Source: an uncultured Pseudomonadales bacterium
GTDB lineage: Bacteria > Patescibacteriota > Microgenomatia > UBA1400 > PJMF01
Assembly: GCA_964625685.1 (NCBI GenBank)
Contig: CAZVBO010000003.1
Span: 298-64,297, forward strand
Length of the DNA: 64,000 bases
Direction: 5' to 3'
This document shows, one piece after another, positions 38,038 to 47,222 of the stretch (its first letter is position 1; each line of letters starts with the position of its first letter). A model generated the notes under the pieces. It was not told the origin of the DNA. It saw only the letters and a program-made list of their open reading frames with translations, and did no database searches. The position numbers and the translations under genes were made by a program.

Positions 38038-39071
38038 GGAAAAGTGACCACAAACTCACTTCCTTGATGAAGCTTACTCTTGACCTCAATTTCTCCATTG
38101 TGAGCAATCACTATCTGCTTAGCTAAACTCAAGCCTAAGCCGAAACCTTCCGCCCCGGTTTCAGATTTTGTCCGAGCAGGATCGGCTCGATAAAAACGAT
38201 CGAAAATATGAGGCATATCTTTTTTACTGATTCCAATTCCAGTATCCTTGATTACCACTTTGATTTTCCCCTTTTGTTGAATTAATTGAAGTGAAACTTT
38301 TCCATGCGTTGGAGTATACTTCACCGCATTATCAAGCAGTATCAAAAATAGCTGATACAGCTGAGTTGAACTGCCTCTGAGACTAGTTTTAGTCATTGAT
38401 TGGTGAAAAAAAATCTCTTTTGATTTGGCTAAAATCTGCACTTGAGCCACCACTGATTTCAGAATTTGATCAAGCCTAACGTGCTCAATTTTTGAGTTTT
38501 GATCCGCAACTTGTGTCTCATTGAGAGAGGTCAGTAAGAGTCGATCCGTCAACTGTTGGAGATTGTTAACCGCCTCTAAATTTTCTTCAATCGTTTGACG
38601 TATTTCAGCATTTAAATGCTTGTCTAGAAGGGTCACCTCTAAAGAAGTTTTCATAATTGTTAGCGGAGTTCTCAATTCATGAGAAGCATCGGCCACAAAT
38701 TGGATTTGTTCTTGATGAGCTACTTCAATTGGCTGAAGTACTTTCCCAGCTAAAAAGTAACTAACGAGAGCACTTCCACCAAAAATAATACTATTGGCAA
38801 TCAGCAATCGAATGAAAAAATAGTGCCGTGCTTCTGTAAGTTCATTGGCAAACAGAGTTTGAATTTCCGTGGGACTGAGAACAAAGTTTCCATTGGGATC
38901 ACGGGGAAGTGGTGACCCAAAACGGTTGTTGATTCTCCCTTCTGCCCGGCGAAACGTATCCACGAGGTGAATATCAATAGCCTGGTAAATGATGGCACTA
39001 AAAAAGAGACTAATCACCATCACAATTAAGGTAAACCAAATCGTTAATTGCACTCGGGCTGATTTAAACAT
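38028..39071 (-). CDS. sensor histidine kinase
   Basis: Two TMs, FVADASHELRTP, LLDNAVKY, DTGIG, FDRFYR, GLGL. Confidence 0.95.
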   Translation of the reverse strand: MFKSARVQLTIWFTLIVMVISLFFSAIIYQAIDIHLVDTFRRAEGRINNRFGSPLPRDPNGNFVLSPTEIQTLFANELTEARHYFFIRLLIANSIIFGGSALVSYFLAGKVLQPIEVAHQEQIQFVADASHELRTPLTIMKTSLEVTLLDKHLNAEIRQTIEENLEAVNNLQQLTDRLLLTSLNETQVADQNSKIEHVRLDQILKSVVAQVQILAKSKEIFFHQSMTKTSLRGSSTQLYQLFLILLDNAVKYTPTHGKVSLQLIQQKGKIKVVIKDTGIGISKKDMPHIFDRFYRADPARTKSETGAEGFGLGLSLAKQIVIAHNGEIEVKSKLHQGSEFVVTFPSQ

Positions 39072-39747
39072 GCTTATCTCCCACCATATATCCAAAGCCA
39101 CGAATAGTGTGAATTAAGCTCTGGCTGGTAGCAAAATTCCGATCTATTTTTTTTCGCAAATAACCAATATAAACTTCTACCGTATTCGGTAACACATCCG
39201 AGTCATACTCCCAAACATGCTGAATGATTTGATCCTTGGTCATTATTTTATTTTTATGAAGAAGCAAGTACTCTAACAAATTATACTCACGCTTAGAAAG
39301 TTTAATTAGTTTTCCCGCTCGCCTCACTTCAAAACTGTCTGTATCTATGGTGAGATCAGCAATTTTTAATACACTTTGCCTAATTTCTACTGGACGCTTA
39401 GTCAAAGATTTAATACGAGCTAATAATTCTTCAAAAGCAAAAGGCTTGACCAAATAGTCATCGGCACCGGCTTCAAAACCAGCCAATTTATCCTGAAGCT
39501 GACCTTTAGCCGTTAATAACAAAATTGGCGTGGCCACCTTTTCTTGTCGCAACCTACGGCTTACTTCAAGACCATTCATTTGGGGCAACATCACATCGAG
39601 CACAATCAAGTCATAGGCACCATCCATTCCTAAATCAAATCCTTCCTGACCATCATAAGCCACATCAACCGCGTACCGAGATTGTTCCAACCCTTTTTTC
39701 AAGAATTTAGCAATTTTCTGTTCGTCTTCGACAATCAAAATTTTCAT
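39064..39747 (-). CDS. OmpR/PhoB-family response regulator
   Basis: VEDE, LDVMLP, DDYLVKPF, winged helix VEVYIGYLRKK..TIRGFGY. Confidence 0.96.
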   Translation of the reverse strand: MKILIVEDEQKIAKFLKKGLEQSRYAVDVAYDGQEGFDLGMDGAYDLIVLDVMLPQMNGLEVSRRLRQEKVATPILLLTAKGQLQDKLAGFEAGADDYLVKPFAFEELLARIKSLTKRPVEIRQSVLKIADLTIDTDSFEVRRAGKLIKLSKREYNLLEYLLLHKNKIMTKDQIIQHVWEYDSDVLPNTVEVYIGYLRKKIDRNFATSQSLIHTIRGFGYMVGDKHV

Positions 39748-39777
39748 AATAAATTTGACCCATATTATATACTTTTG

Positions 39778-39795
39778 CTGAAAGAATACTGAGAA
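39778..39795 (-). promoter_or_regulatory. OmpR-type autoregulatory direct-repeat box
   Basis: Minus strand TTCTCAG-tatt-CTTTCAG shortly upstream of the TATAAT of the response regulator gene. Confidence 0.6.
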
Positions 39796-39822
39796 ATAAA
39801 CGGTGGTAGAATAAAAGACGTC

Positions 39823-40899
39823 ATGAATTCCCTTCCCAAAAAATTCTGGTATCTCCTCATTCCCACAGTGATTTTGACATTAGCTGCCTCGATTGTGATT
39901 TCCTATCGTTACTGGCATCACCAGCCTCTTTCACTCACTTTGAATCATACCCAACCTCATATTCAAACCGAACCCGTTAACACCCAAGAACCACCTACTC
40001 AACTCAACGTTGTCCTACTGGGATATGGCGGTGCTGGCCATGAAGGTGGTTTTTTGACTGATGTGATTCAGGTGGTCAATGTCAACTTTGAAACCCAGAA
40101 AATTGCCTTAATTTCTATTCCCCGTGATTTGTGGGTAGAATTGCCCAACGGCAAAAAAGCCAAAGTCAATGAAGCTTTTACTTTGGGTGAAGATGCCAAT
40201 CAGCCTGTTCTGTCTGGGGGTGAAGTTTCCAAACAAATGGCTTCGGCTATCACTGGATTACCCATCAATTACTTCATTGCCGTTGATTTTGTAGGATTTC
40301 AGCGATTGATAGGGTATACCTTAGATGGGATTGAGATCGATAATCCTGAAACTCTAGATGATCCCTGGTATCCCCTTAAAGGTGAAGAGCTCAATACCTG
40401 TGGCATGACTCCCGAAGAGGTAGCTGAAGTCAGCCAACAATATTCAGGCTTTGAGTTAGAAAAACAATTTGAGTGCCGCTATGAACATCTCCACTATCCA
40501 GCAGGTAAAATTATGATGGAAGGAGGGGATGCTTTGAAATATGTTCGTTCCCGCCACGGCTCACCAGGAGGTGATTTCTCCCGCAGCCAACGTCAAGATG
40601 CCGTCTTGATTGGAATGAAAGATAAACTGATTTCCTTAGAGGCTCTTAATAAAGCTCCAGAAATGTACCAGACAGCAACCGAACATGTGACAACTGATCT
40701 TGACTTGGATGCGGTCAAATTCTTAGTGCCATTTTTAAAAAACGCTACCAATTTTAAGATCGACTCGGTTACCTTAAGTACGGAAAACGTCCTGATGAAT
40801 AGCAAGTCTGCCACCGGTCAATATATTCTATTACCCAAAAATGGAAACGGTTTGTGGGACAGTATTCACCAGTATATTCAGCAAGAAATTCAGCAATAG
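39823..40899 (+). CDS. LytR-CpsA-Psr (LCP) family protein
   Basis: TM, LTDVI, ISIPRDLWV, ALKYVRSRH, DFSRSQRQ. Confidence 0.92.
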   Translation: MNSLPKKFWYLLIPTVILTLAASIVISYRYWHHQPLSLTLNHTQPHIQTEPVNTQEPPTQLNVVLLGYGGAGHEGGFLTDVIQVVNVNFETQKIALISIPRDLWVELPNGKKAKVNEAFTLGEDANQPVLSGGEVSKQMASAITGLPINYFIAVDFVGFQRLIGYTLDGIEIDNPETLDDPWYPLKGEELNTCGMTPEEVAEVSQQYSGFELEKQFECRYEHLHYPAGKIMMEGGDALKYVRSRHGSPGGDFSRSQRQDAVLIGMKDKLISLEALNKAPEMYQTATEHVTTDLDLDAVKFLVPFLKNATNFKIDSVTLSTENVLMNSKSATGQYILLPKNGNGLWDSIHQYIQQEIQQ

Positions 40900-42663
40900 T
40901 TACCGCACAAATCGGGAGTACATTTCAAAATAAGCGCCTTTTTTAGCGAGTAATTCTTGGTGAGTCCCCGATTCCACCACTGTATTATTATTAATCACGA
41001 TAATCAAATCGCTATTAAAAATAGTACTCAACCGATGAGCAATAATGAAGCTGGTAATATTCTTAGTTGACTTTTCAATAGCTGTTTGAACCATTTTTTC
41101 TGACTGAGTATCAATCTTGGCCGTAGCTTCGTCTAAAATGAGGACTTTGGGATGACGCAATAACACCCGAGCTAGTGCAATAATTTGACGCTGTCCCGCA
41201 CTCATGTTCTGACCATTGGGGTCCACCATCGTATCCAGACCTTTTGGTAAGCCTTGGAGAAACTTTTTAGCTCCCAAAAGCGTAAATATTTCTTCGGCTT
41301 GCTTTCGAGTCACACTTTCATTGTTGTAGGTTAAATTATGATAGATCGTATCTTCAAATAAGAAGGTGTCCTGAATTAAATACCCAATCTGACTCCGCAG
41401 AGTTGGTAAGTCCCATTCAGTCACATTGACTCCATCTACCAATACTGCCCCTTCGCTAACGTCATATAACCGGGCAATTAAATTGACAAAAGTCGTTTTG
41501 CCGGCACCAGTCGGACCAACTACGGCAACTGACTGACCAGCTTTCACTTTCAAATTAAAGTCTTTCAAAGCCGGTTTAGGATCGTCATCATACCGAAAAA
41601 CAACATTTTTAAATTCAACATCTCCTCGAACTTTATTTGAACGTGGGTGGTAGCCTTTCTCGGGTTCTTTAATGGTGGTTTCTAAATGAAGGATTTGATC
41701 CAATCTCTCAGCCGCCACCAGTCCTTTTTGAAGGTTCATCCAAATTTGAGACACTCCATTCATTTTCTTAAACACACTAAATGCATAAGAAACAAACACG
41801 ACCACGGTTCCAGCCAACATTTCGGCTCTTGAATACAAAAGTAAGGCATAAAATAGCGTCAATAAAGTTGCAATATTAGACACAAAAGTCAAAAACCCTT
41901 CTGAGGTCACCGACACCAGTAACATTCTTTTGACAAAATCAAGATAATGCTGATTCTTACGAGAATATCGATCATACCAAGTTTGTTGCTGATTATACGC
42001 TAGGATGACTTTGTGCCCATCCAAAGTTTCTTTGTCAAATGAAGTGAGATTACTATCCAAAGCCAGGTACTCCTTGTTGAGTCGATGTAAAAAACGTCCT
42101 TGGATTAACAAAAAGATCAATAAACCCAATACTCCAGCTAAAGAAATGAGACTCACTCGCCAATCGGTCCAAAACATAAACACAAAAATCAGCACCAACG
42201 AGAAAAACAAATTCATAAATCGCAGAAAACCATCTTGAAAAAAACGGTCAATATCAGATACATTTTCAGTGATTCGCTGAATAATTTCACCTGATTGGTT
42301 TTGAAAGTAAAAAGAAACTGGCAAATTTTGTAATTTTTTAAACACATCTCGACGAACATCATAGAGTACTTTTTGACTGACTGTTCCCGCCAGCAAAGTC
42401 TGCCAATATTGAGCTAAGGTACTCACTAAAACGATCACTACTCCTATGCCACTGGCCCACCATAAACGTTGGGTATCGGCCGTTAACACAAAATGATTGA
42501 TGGCATACTCCGTTAATTTGGGAATGGCGGTACTGCCCAAAGTGTAGACAAACAGTAAAGCAAACATCCCGATTAATCGCCATTTATAGTGATCAAAATA
42601 ACGGATGATGAATCGTAAACCATCCTGAGATTTAGATTGAAGTTGAGTCAATTGATAATTCAT
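40900..42663 (-). CDS. ABC exporter TMD-NBD half (consensus Walker B and His switch)
   Basis: GPTGAGKT, MSAGQRQ, LILDEAT, IAHR; start at ATG 42663. Confidence 0.92.
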   Translation of the reverse strand: MNYQLTQLQSKSQDGLRFIIRYFDHYKWRLIGMFALLFVYTLGSTAIPKLTEYAINHFVLTADTQRLWWASGIGVVIVLVSTLAQYWQTLLAGTVSQKVLYDVRRDVFKKLQNLPVSFYFQNQSGEIIQRITENVSDIDRFFQDGFLRFMNLFFSLVLIFVFMFWTDWRVSLISLAGVLGLLIFLLIQGRFLHRLNKEYLALDSNLTSFDKETLDGHKVILAYNQQQTWYDRYSRKNQHYLDFVKRMLLVSVTSEGFLTFVSNIATLLTLFYALLLYSRAEMLAGTVVVFVSYAFSVFKKMNGVSQIWMNLQKGLVAAERLDQILHLETTIKEPEKGYHPRSNKVRGDVEFKNVVFRYDDDPKPALKDFNLKVKAGQSVAVVGPTGAGKTTFVNLIARLYDVSEGAVLVDGVNVTEWDLPTLRSQIGYLIQDTFLFEDTIYHNLTYNNESVTRKQAEEIFTLLGAKKFLQGLPKGLDTMVDPNGQNMSAGQRQIIALARVLLRHPKVLILDEATAKIDTQSEKMVQTAIEKSTKNITSFIIAHRLSTIFNSDLIIVINNNTVVESGTHQELLAKKGAYFEMYSRFVR

Positions 42664-42664
42664 A

Positions 42665-44371
42665 TTACGCTTTACTATAATTTCGCTGGGTGAGTTCCAT
42701 CTCCTGATAAAAAACAGATGAATGCAACAGTTGCTGATGTTTTCCTTCAGCCGTAATTTGACCATTTTCTAGCACGTAAATCCAATCACTATTTTTGACT
42801 GAAGCTACTTTTTGTGAAACTAAACAGACAGCTGGTTGTTGTAAATGTTGATTGACATTGTCCATAATCATTTTTTCAGTTTTTGCATCCAAATTACTGG
42901 TCACATCATCTAAAATGATCACGTCCGGATTTCCTGCTACCGCTCGAGCAATATTTACCCGTTGCTTTTGACCACCTGAAAGTCTGCGCCCAGCTTCCCC
43001 CACTTGATAGTGAACTCCCTGATCAAATTTGTTAACAAATTCACTTACTTGAGCGATCTCCATGGCCGAACGAACGGTTGACGCAGCCAGTTTTCGGCCA
43101 AACAAAATATTCTCTTCAATTGAATCATCTAACAAAAAATTTTCTTGAAAAGCAAAGCCTATCCGTTGCCTCAGGAGATGAACATCATAATTTTTAATGT
43201 CACTGCCATTAATCAATATTTGGCCACTAGTCGGTTCAATTAACCTCGCCATCAATTGTAAAATAGTTGTTTTCCCCGAACCAACCACTCCAACCAACGC
43301 AATTTGCCTTCCTGCTTCTAACTTCAGTGAAATATGATCCAATACTTTTTTATCACCAATCTCTAGAGACACATCTTTTAGTTCAATTCGTTCAATTTTA
43401 GTCAATTTTTGAGATCCACTTTCAAAATCACTGGATGAACTTAAAATATGAGTAATCCGATTGAGCGATACCATCGCTTGTCCGATTAAAGCCGACATCA
43501 TCCCTACCATCAGGAGTGACATGGTAAACAACATCACATAGTTAATAAAAATCGTAATTTCACCTAAGGTCATATGACCTTGAATAACTTGGCTTCCTCC
43601 CACTTGTAAGATAATGACCGAAGCTAACAGACTCACAAAATTCATACTCGGTAAAATGAAAGCCAATTTTGCAACGATTTTCTTACCTAGTTGATAGGTA
43701 TCAACATTCACTTTTTTAAACTTTTTAATTTCAAATCTCTCTGCCACAAACACTCGGATCAACATCGAGCCATTTACATTTTCATCTATAATTCGATTAA
43801 ATAAATCCCGAATCCGTCGACTTTCCTGGAATAAAACTTTAATACTAGATAGCAAACTAAACATTAAAGCTACCACAATCAGCACCATCACTAAAATAGT
43901 AATCGCTAATTTAAAATTGAGGACAAACATAAAAATGCCACTCCCTACAATCAACAACACTGTGGCAATAGACATACTGACGGCTCGACCAAAAATATCT
44001 TTCACAAAGTTAACATCACTGGTGATCACTGTCAGCACTTGAGATGGCTGATGAAGCAAAAAAAACTTTTCTGGTTGAAAGGTGATTTTTTTCATCAGCT
44101 GTTGTCGAAACATAAAGGCTACTTTTTCACTTAAAAAGTTAAAAATATAATTTTGAAAGAAAACCACCACCACACTGATCAAGCCCATTGCGACTGCCAA
44201 ACTCAACCACCAACCACTCATCTGTTGAGTAACGAAAAAATCATCCATCATTTTTGATAATACCACTGGGAAAAAGAGAGTTACCCCATTGGCTAGAATC
44301 AGGAGTACTAAACCCAATATTTGCAACACTACAAAATCTCGTTGTTTCAGAATTCGCAACAGTATTTTCAT
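42665..44371 (-). CDS. ABC exporter TMD-NBD half (degenerate Walker B and switch)
   Basis: GVVGSGKT, LSGGQKQR, IILDD (Glu to Asp), VSQK (His to Gln): TM287/288-type heterodimer. Confidence 0.92.
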   Translation of the reverse strand: MKILLRILKQRDFVVLQILGLVLLILANGVTLFFPVVLSKMMDDFFVTQQMSGWWLSLAVAMGLISVVVVFFQNYIFNFLSEKVAFMFRQQLMKKITFQPEKFFLLHQPSQVLTVITSDVNFVKDIFGRAVSMSIATVLLIVGSGIFMFVLNFKLAITILVMVLIVVALMFSLLSSIKVLFQESRRIRDLFNRIIDENVNGSMLIRVFVAERFEIKKFKKVNVDTYQLGKKIVAKLAFILPSMNFVSLLASVIILQVGGSQVIQGHMTLGEITIFINYVMLFTMSLLMVGMMSALIGQAMVSLNRITHILSSSSDFESGSQKLTKIERIELKDVSLEIGDKKVLDHISLKLEAGRQIALVGVVGSGKTTILQLMARLIEPTSGQILINGSDIKNYDVHLLRQRIGFAFQENFLLDDSIEENILFGRKLAASTVRSAMEIAQVSEFVNKFDQGVHYQVGEAGRRLSGGQKQRVNIARAVAGNPDVIILDDVTSNLDAKTEKMIMDNVNQHLQQPAVCLVSQKVASVKNSDWIYVLENGQITAEGKHQQLLHSSVFYQEMELTQRNYSKA

Positions 44372-45516
44372 GATTCGACAGCACCTTCAGCAACTGCCAC
44401 TGGTTGGGGGGGATGTACTAAGCGTTCAATCACCCTATCAAGGGTTAAAGGTGAAATGAGCGAAATCATTTCTAAAGTAAAAATAGAAAGCTCAAACGCA
44501 GATGGAATGTGATTGGTAATAAAATATGCACCCAATCCTACCAGTGCTGAATCCAAAAACGAATTGCGTAACATTTCTTTTTGAGTGGCATCAATAATTT
44601 TTTGATCTACACCTTGTTCTTGAGCCAATTGTCCCTTCTTCAGAATTTTAGAAATCCCAAACCAAAGTAATGTCACAAACGTCACAATCGCGGTGATGGT
44701 GTTAAAGGTTTGATTTGGTCGGGCTACGTCACCACTGAAAATTTTGAACTGGATGTGAGTTGGAAAGTGAGTCAACAAGACAAAACTGACAATCAAACTT
44801 AAGAAAAAATAGCCAGTAGCATATTTGGAAAGTTTAGGAATACGACGAGCGGCTGTTTGATTCTTTCTCATATCTCGTACAATCAACAATATGATCTGAA
44901 TCACTAGCAAGATGATCCAAACCGGTAAAATTACTTTCCACCCTAAGTTAACGGTGTGGTCTGCTACAAAATACGGCAATTTAAAAAAAGTATGTTGAAT
45001 TGGATAATTGGGATAAGGGACAAATTGGTAAAGATGAGTGGGATCTAACCGGAAGTTATAAAAGTCAGTTAAAAATAAACGACCAATTGTTAAAAATGTA
45101 GCCAGTTGAATCATAAAATCAACAATGTAAAATAAAAAAGCTTTCCTGCCGACATCAAACTCTTTCTTCATTTGTTGCAGTTGTTCAGTTTCACCATGAA
45201 TATGTTTAATCCGACTTTGAAACTCACTAATGTTTTGAGACCTCCAGACCTTAGCAATTCGCAAGGGAATTAACACCACCGTTTGAAAAACACCCAACAG
45301 AATCACGGACACCCACATATGTTGTGTTAAAGCATAAAAGGTAAAAAGAGCGCTGGCATAAAATCGGAACAGCATTCCGGAGAAAAAAGCGTAGACTAAG
45401 AAAATAATAATAGCAATGGAAACCACACTAGTGAGTGGCAACAGCTCTGTTAAGCTACTAATTCGGCTATCTTTAATAATACGGGGAGACTGAAAATCAG
45501 AGCGAGATTCCTGCAT
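44368..45516 (-). CDS. multi-TM protein with YidC/Oxa1-like segment
   Basis: MWVSVILLGVFQTVVLIPLR..EFQSRIK..EQLQQMKKEF resembles YidC TM1 plus cytoplasmic hairpin; ATGA overlap with the ABC gene. Confidence 0.5.
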   Translation of the reverse strand: MQESRSDFQSPRIIKDSRISSLTELLPLTSVVSIAIIIFLVYAFFSGMLFRFYASALFTFYALTQHMWVSVILLGVFQTVVLIPLRIAKVWRSQNISEFQSRIKHIHGETEQLQQMKKEFDVGRKAFLFYIVDFMIQLATFLTIGRLFLTDFYNFRLDPTHLYQFVPYPNYPIQHTFFKLPYFVADHTVNLGWKVILPVWIILLVIQIILLIVRDMRKNQTAARRIPKLSKYATGYFFLSLIVSFVLLTHFPTHIQFKIFSGDVARPNQTFNTITAIVTFVTLLWFGISKILKKGQLAQEQGVDQKIIDATQKEMLRNSFLDSALVGLGAYFITNHIPSAFELSIFTLEMISLISPLTLDRVIERLVHPPQPVAVAEGAVES

Positions 45517-45604
45517 ATGTGTCGGTATCCAACCAGAAAGATCTCAATTATAGACCGTTAGTAAACTTTAATCAAAGTTAATGATACCTTTTTTGAAAAA
45601 ACTG

Positions 45605-46147
45605 CTACTCAACTAACTGAAGATCTTGAACTTTTATTATTCCAATAATGTCATATTTTTGCCACAAACTCTGGTTAGAACTTGGATCTTTTAACTGTCC
45701 ACTCACTTGTAAAAGCTCACCAGAAAAACGAGTCAATGCGGTTAGATCTAAATCGGTCATATCCAAACTGTAGTATTCACCCGTTTCAGTCTGAATCCCT
45801 AAAGCACATTCTAAAGTCATAGGACCAGAGCTGTCTCGATGTGGCAAACAAGCTTGATGCCCAGTAATGGTGATTTCTGTGGGGGAATCAATGATTTCTG
45901 TAAAACTTTGTCCTTGTGGGGTACGACATTCTCGAGGATACTTTTCTAAAATAGGAAAGCCAGCTGACTCACATTCTTGAAAGTTGGTAACTCGGCCCAC
46001 ACTTTTGCCAACTAAAATTGCATTCTGCCAGTATAACACCACGAATTGAATTACTAGGGATAGTAGCAAAAAGGTGATGGGAATGAGTACCGACAAAAAA
46101 ACGATTAACAACAGCGTTTTAGGTCTCATCAATCGATGCATAGGCAC
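45605..46147 (-). CDS. membrane-anchored hypothetical protein
   Basis: TM, VTNFQEC..AG.PI.E.YP.EC motif, second Cys pair CLPH...ECALG. Confidence 0.65.
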   Translation of the reverse strand: MPMHRLMRPKTLLLIVFLSVLIPITFLLLSLVIQFVVLYWQNAILVGKSVGRVTNFQECESAGFPILEKYPRECRTPQGQSFTEIIDSPTEITITGHQACLPHRDSSGPMTLECALGIQTETGEYYSLDMTDLDLTALTRFSGELLQVSGQLKDPSSNQSLWQKYDIIGIIKVQDLQLVE

Positions 46148-46153
46148 TCACTT

Positions 46154-46558
46154 TCATTTAGACTCATCAAGCGAAGTTATACCGTCGAAGTGATCTTCCT
46201 TTTCATCAGCCAAAGTTGGCTGTACAGTATCTTTCTGGTGTTCCGGTGGTGAATATAAAGTGTATAACTTGAGTTCAGACTCGCCAGTATTAATCACTTG
46301 GTGCCAAGTTCCGGCTGGGACAATAATAGCAAAATCAGCTTCAGCAATGTACTCTTCAGCTCCGTTATCTAAAATAAATTTGGCTTGACCTTGCTCCACT
46401 CGAATAAATTGATCCAAACCATGGATCTCATTATGAATCTGGTCTCCTGGTTTGAGTGACATCACTACTAATTGGGTATAGTGAGTCGTATAAATCACTC
46501 GACGATAATCAGTATTTTCTAAAGTTACCTTTTCAATATTATCAAAAAATGCCTTCAT
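46154..46558 (-). CDS. cupin domain protein
   Basis: QLVVMSL.PG..EIH..DQFIRVEQG, VPAGTWH.V.NTG..LYTLYSPPEH. Confidence 0.9.
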   Translation of the reverse strand: MKAFFDNIEKVTLENTDYRRVIYTTHYTQLVVMSLKPGDQIHNEIHGLDQFIRVEQGQAKFILDNGAEEYIAEADFAIIVPAGTWHQVINTGESELKLYTLYSPPEHQKDTVQPTLADEKEDHFDGITSLDESK

Positions 46559-46608
46559 ACATCCTGCTTTCTCCAGCTGATATTTCTTATATCAACTATA
46601 ACACATGC

Positions 46609-47214
46609 TCAAAGTTGTGTGGAGTCTGAACAAACCTCACTCCATAAGCCAAGTTGCTGTTCTCTAGCTTGAGCTTCAGCTCGACGAAACAAATCCTGAT
46701 ATTTCACATCTGGTGGATATGAAGTGGCACGAGCATAGCCTTCTTTGACCAGAAGTTCATTAATCATAACCCCATCTTGATAAACATAGCGTAATAATCG
46801 ACCATACCGATCGGTTTCACTGACGTCCTTTTCTAATTCTACCTGTTGTCCTTCTACCAGTTCCTTATTTTTTTGGGAAGCTTCTTGACCATAACACCCT
46901 ACCGGTCGATTGGGGTCTTTGGTTTCGGGCGTATCAATGCCAATGTAACGAATCGTTTGACCATCGGTGGTTTTGATAGTATCTCCATCTACGACTCGAC
47001 TAATAGTTACTACTTCTCGCCCAGCAGCCAAAACGGCTCCATCACTGACCAAGACTGGAGAGGACAATGACACAACCTCCATCGTGGGAGAAGGAATAAG
47101 TTCCATGGGTCCTGTTTCTCCTGGAGTTTGATCAGTATAAACAGACCAGAAAGTCAGCATCAGAAAAAGAATAAAAGGAACTAGCCATTGTCTCAGAAAT
47201 TTACGTTTCGTCAT
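46609..47214 (-). CDS. thermonuclease (SNase) family protein
   Basis: RVVDGDT, IRYIGIDTPE, DRYGRLLRYV; N-terminal TM. Confidence 0.93.
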   Translation of the reverse strand: MTKRKFLRQWLVPFILFLMLTFWSVYTDQTPGETGPMELIPSPTMEVVSLSSPVLVSDGAVLAAGREVVTISRVVDGDTIKTTDGQTIRYIGIDTPETKDPNRPVGCYGQEASQKNKELVEGQQVELEKDVSETDRYGRLLRYVYQDGVMINELLVKEGYARATSYPPDVKYQDLFRRAEAQAREQQLGLWSEVCSDSTQL

Positions 47215-47222
47215 GAGCTTAT

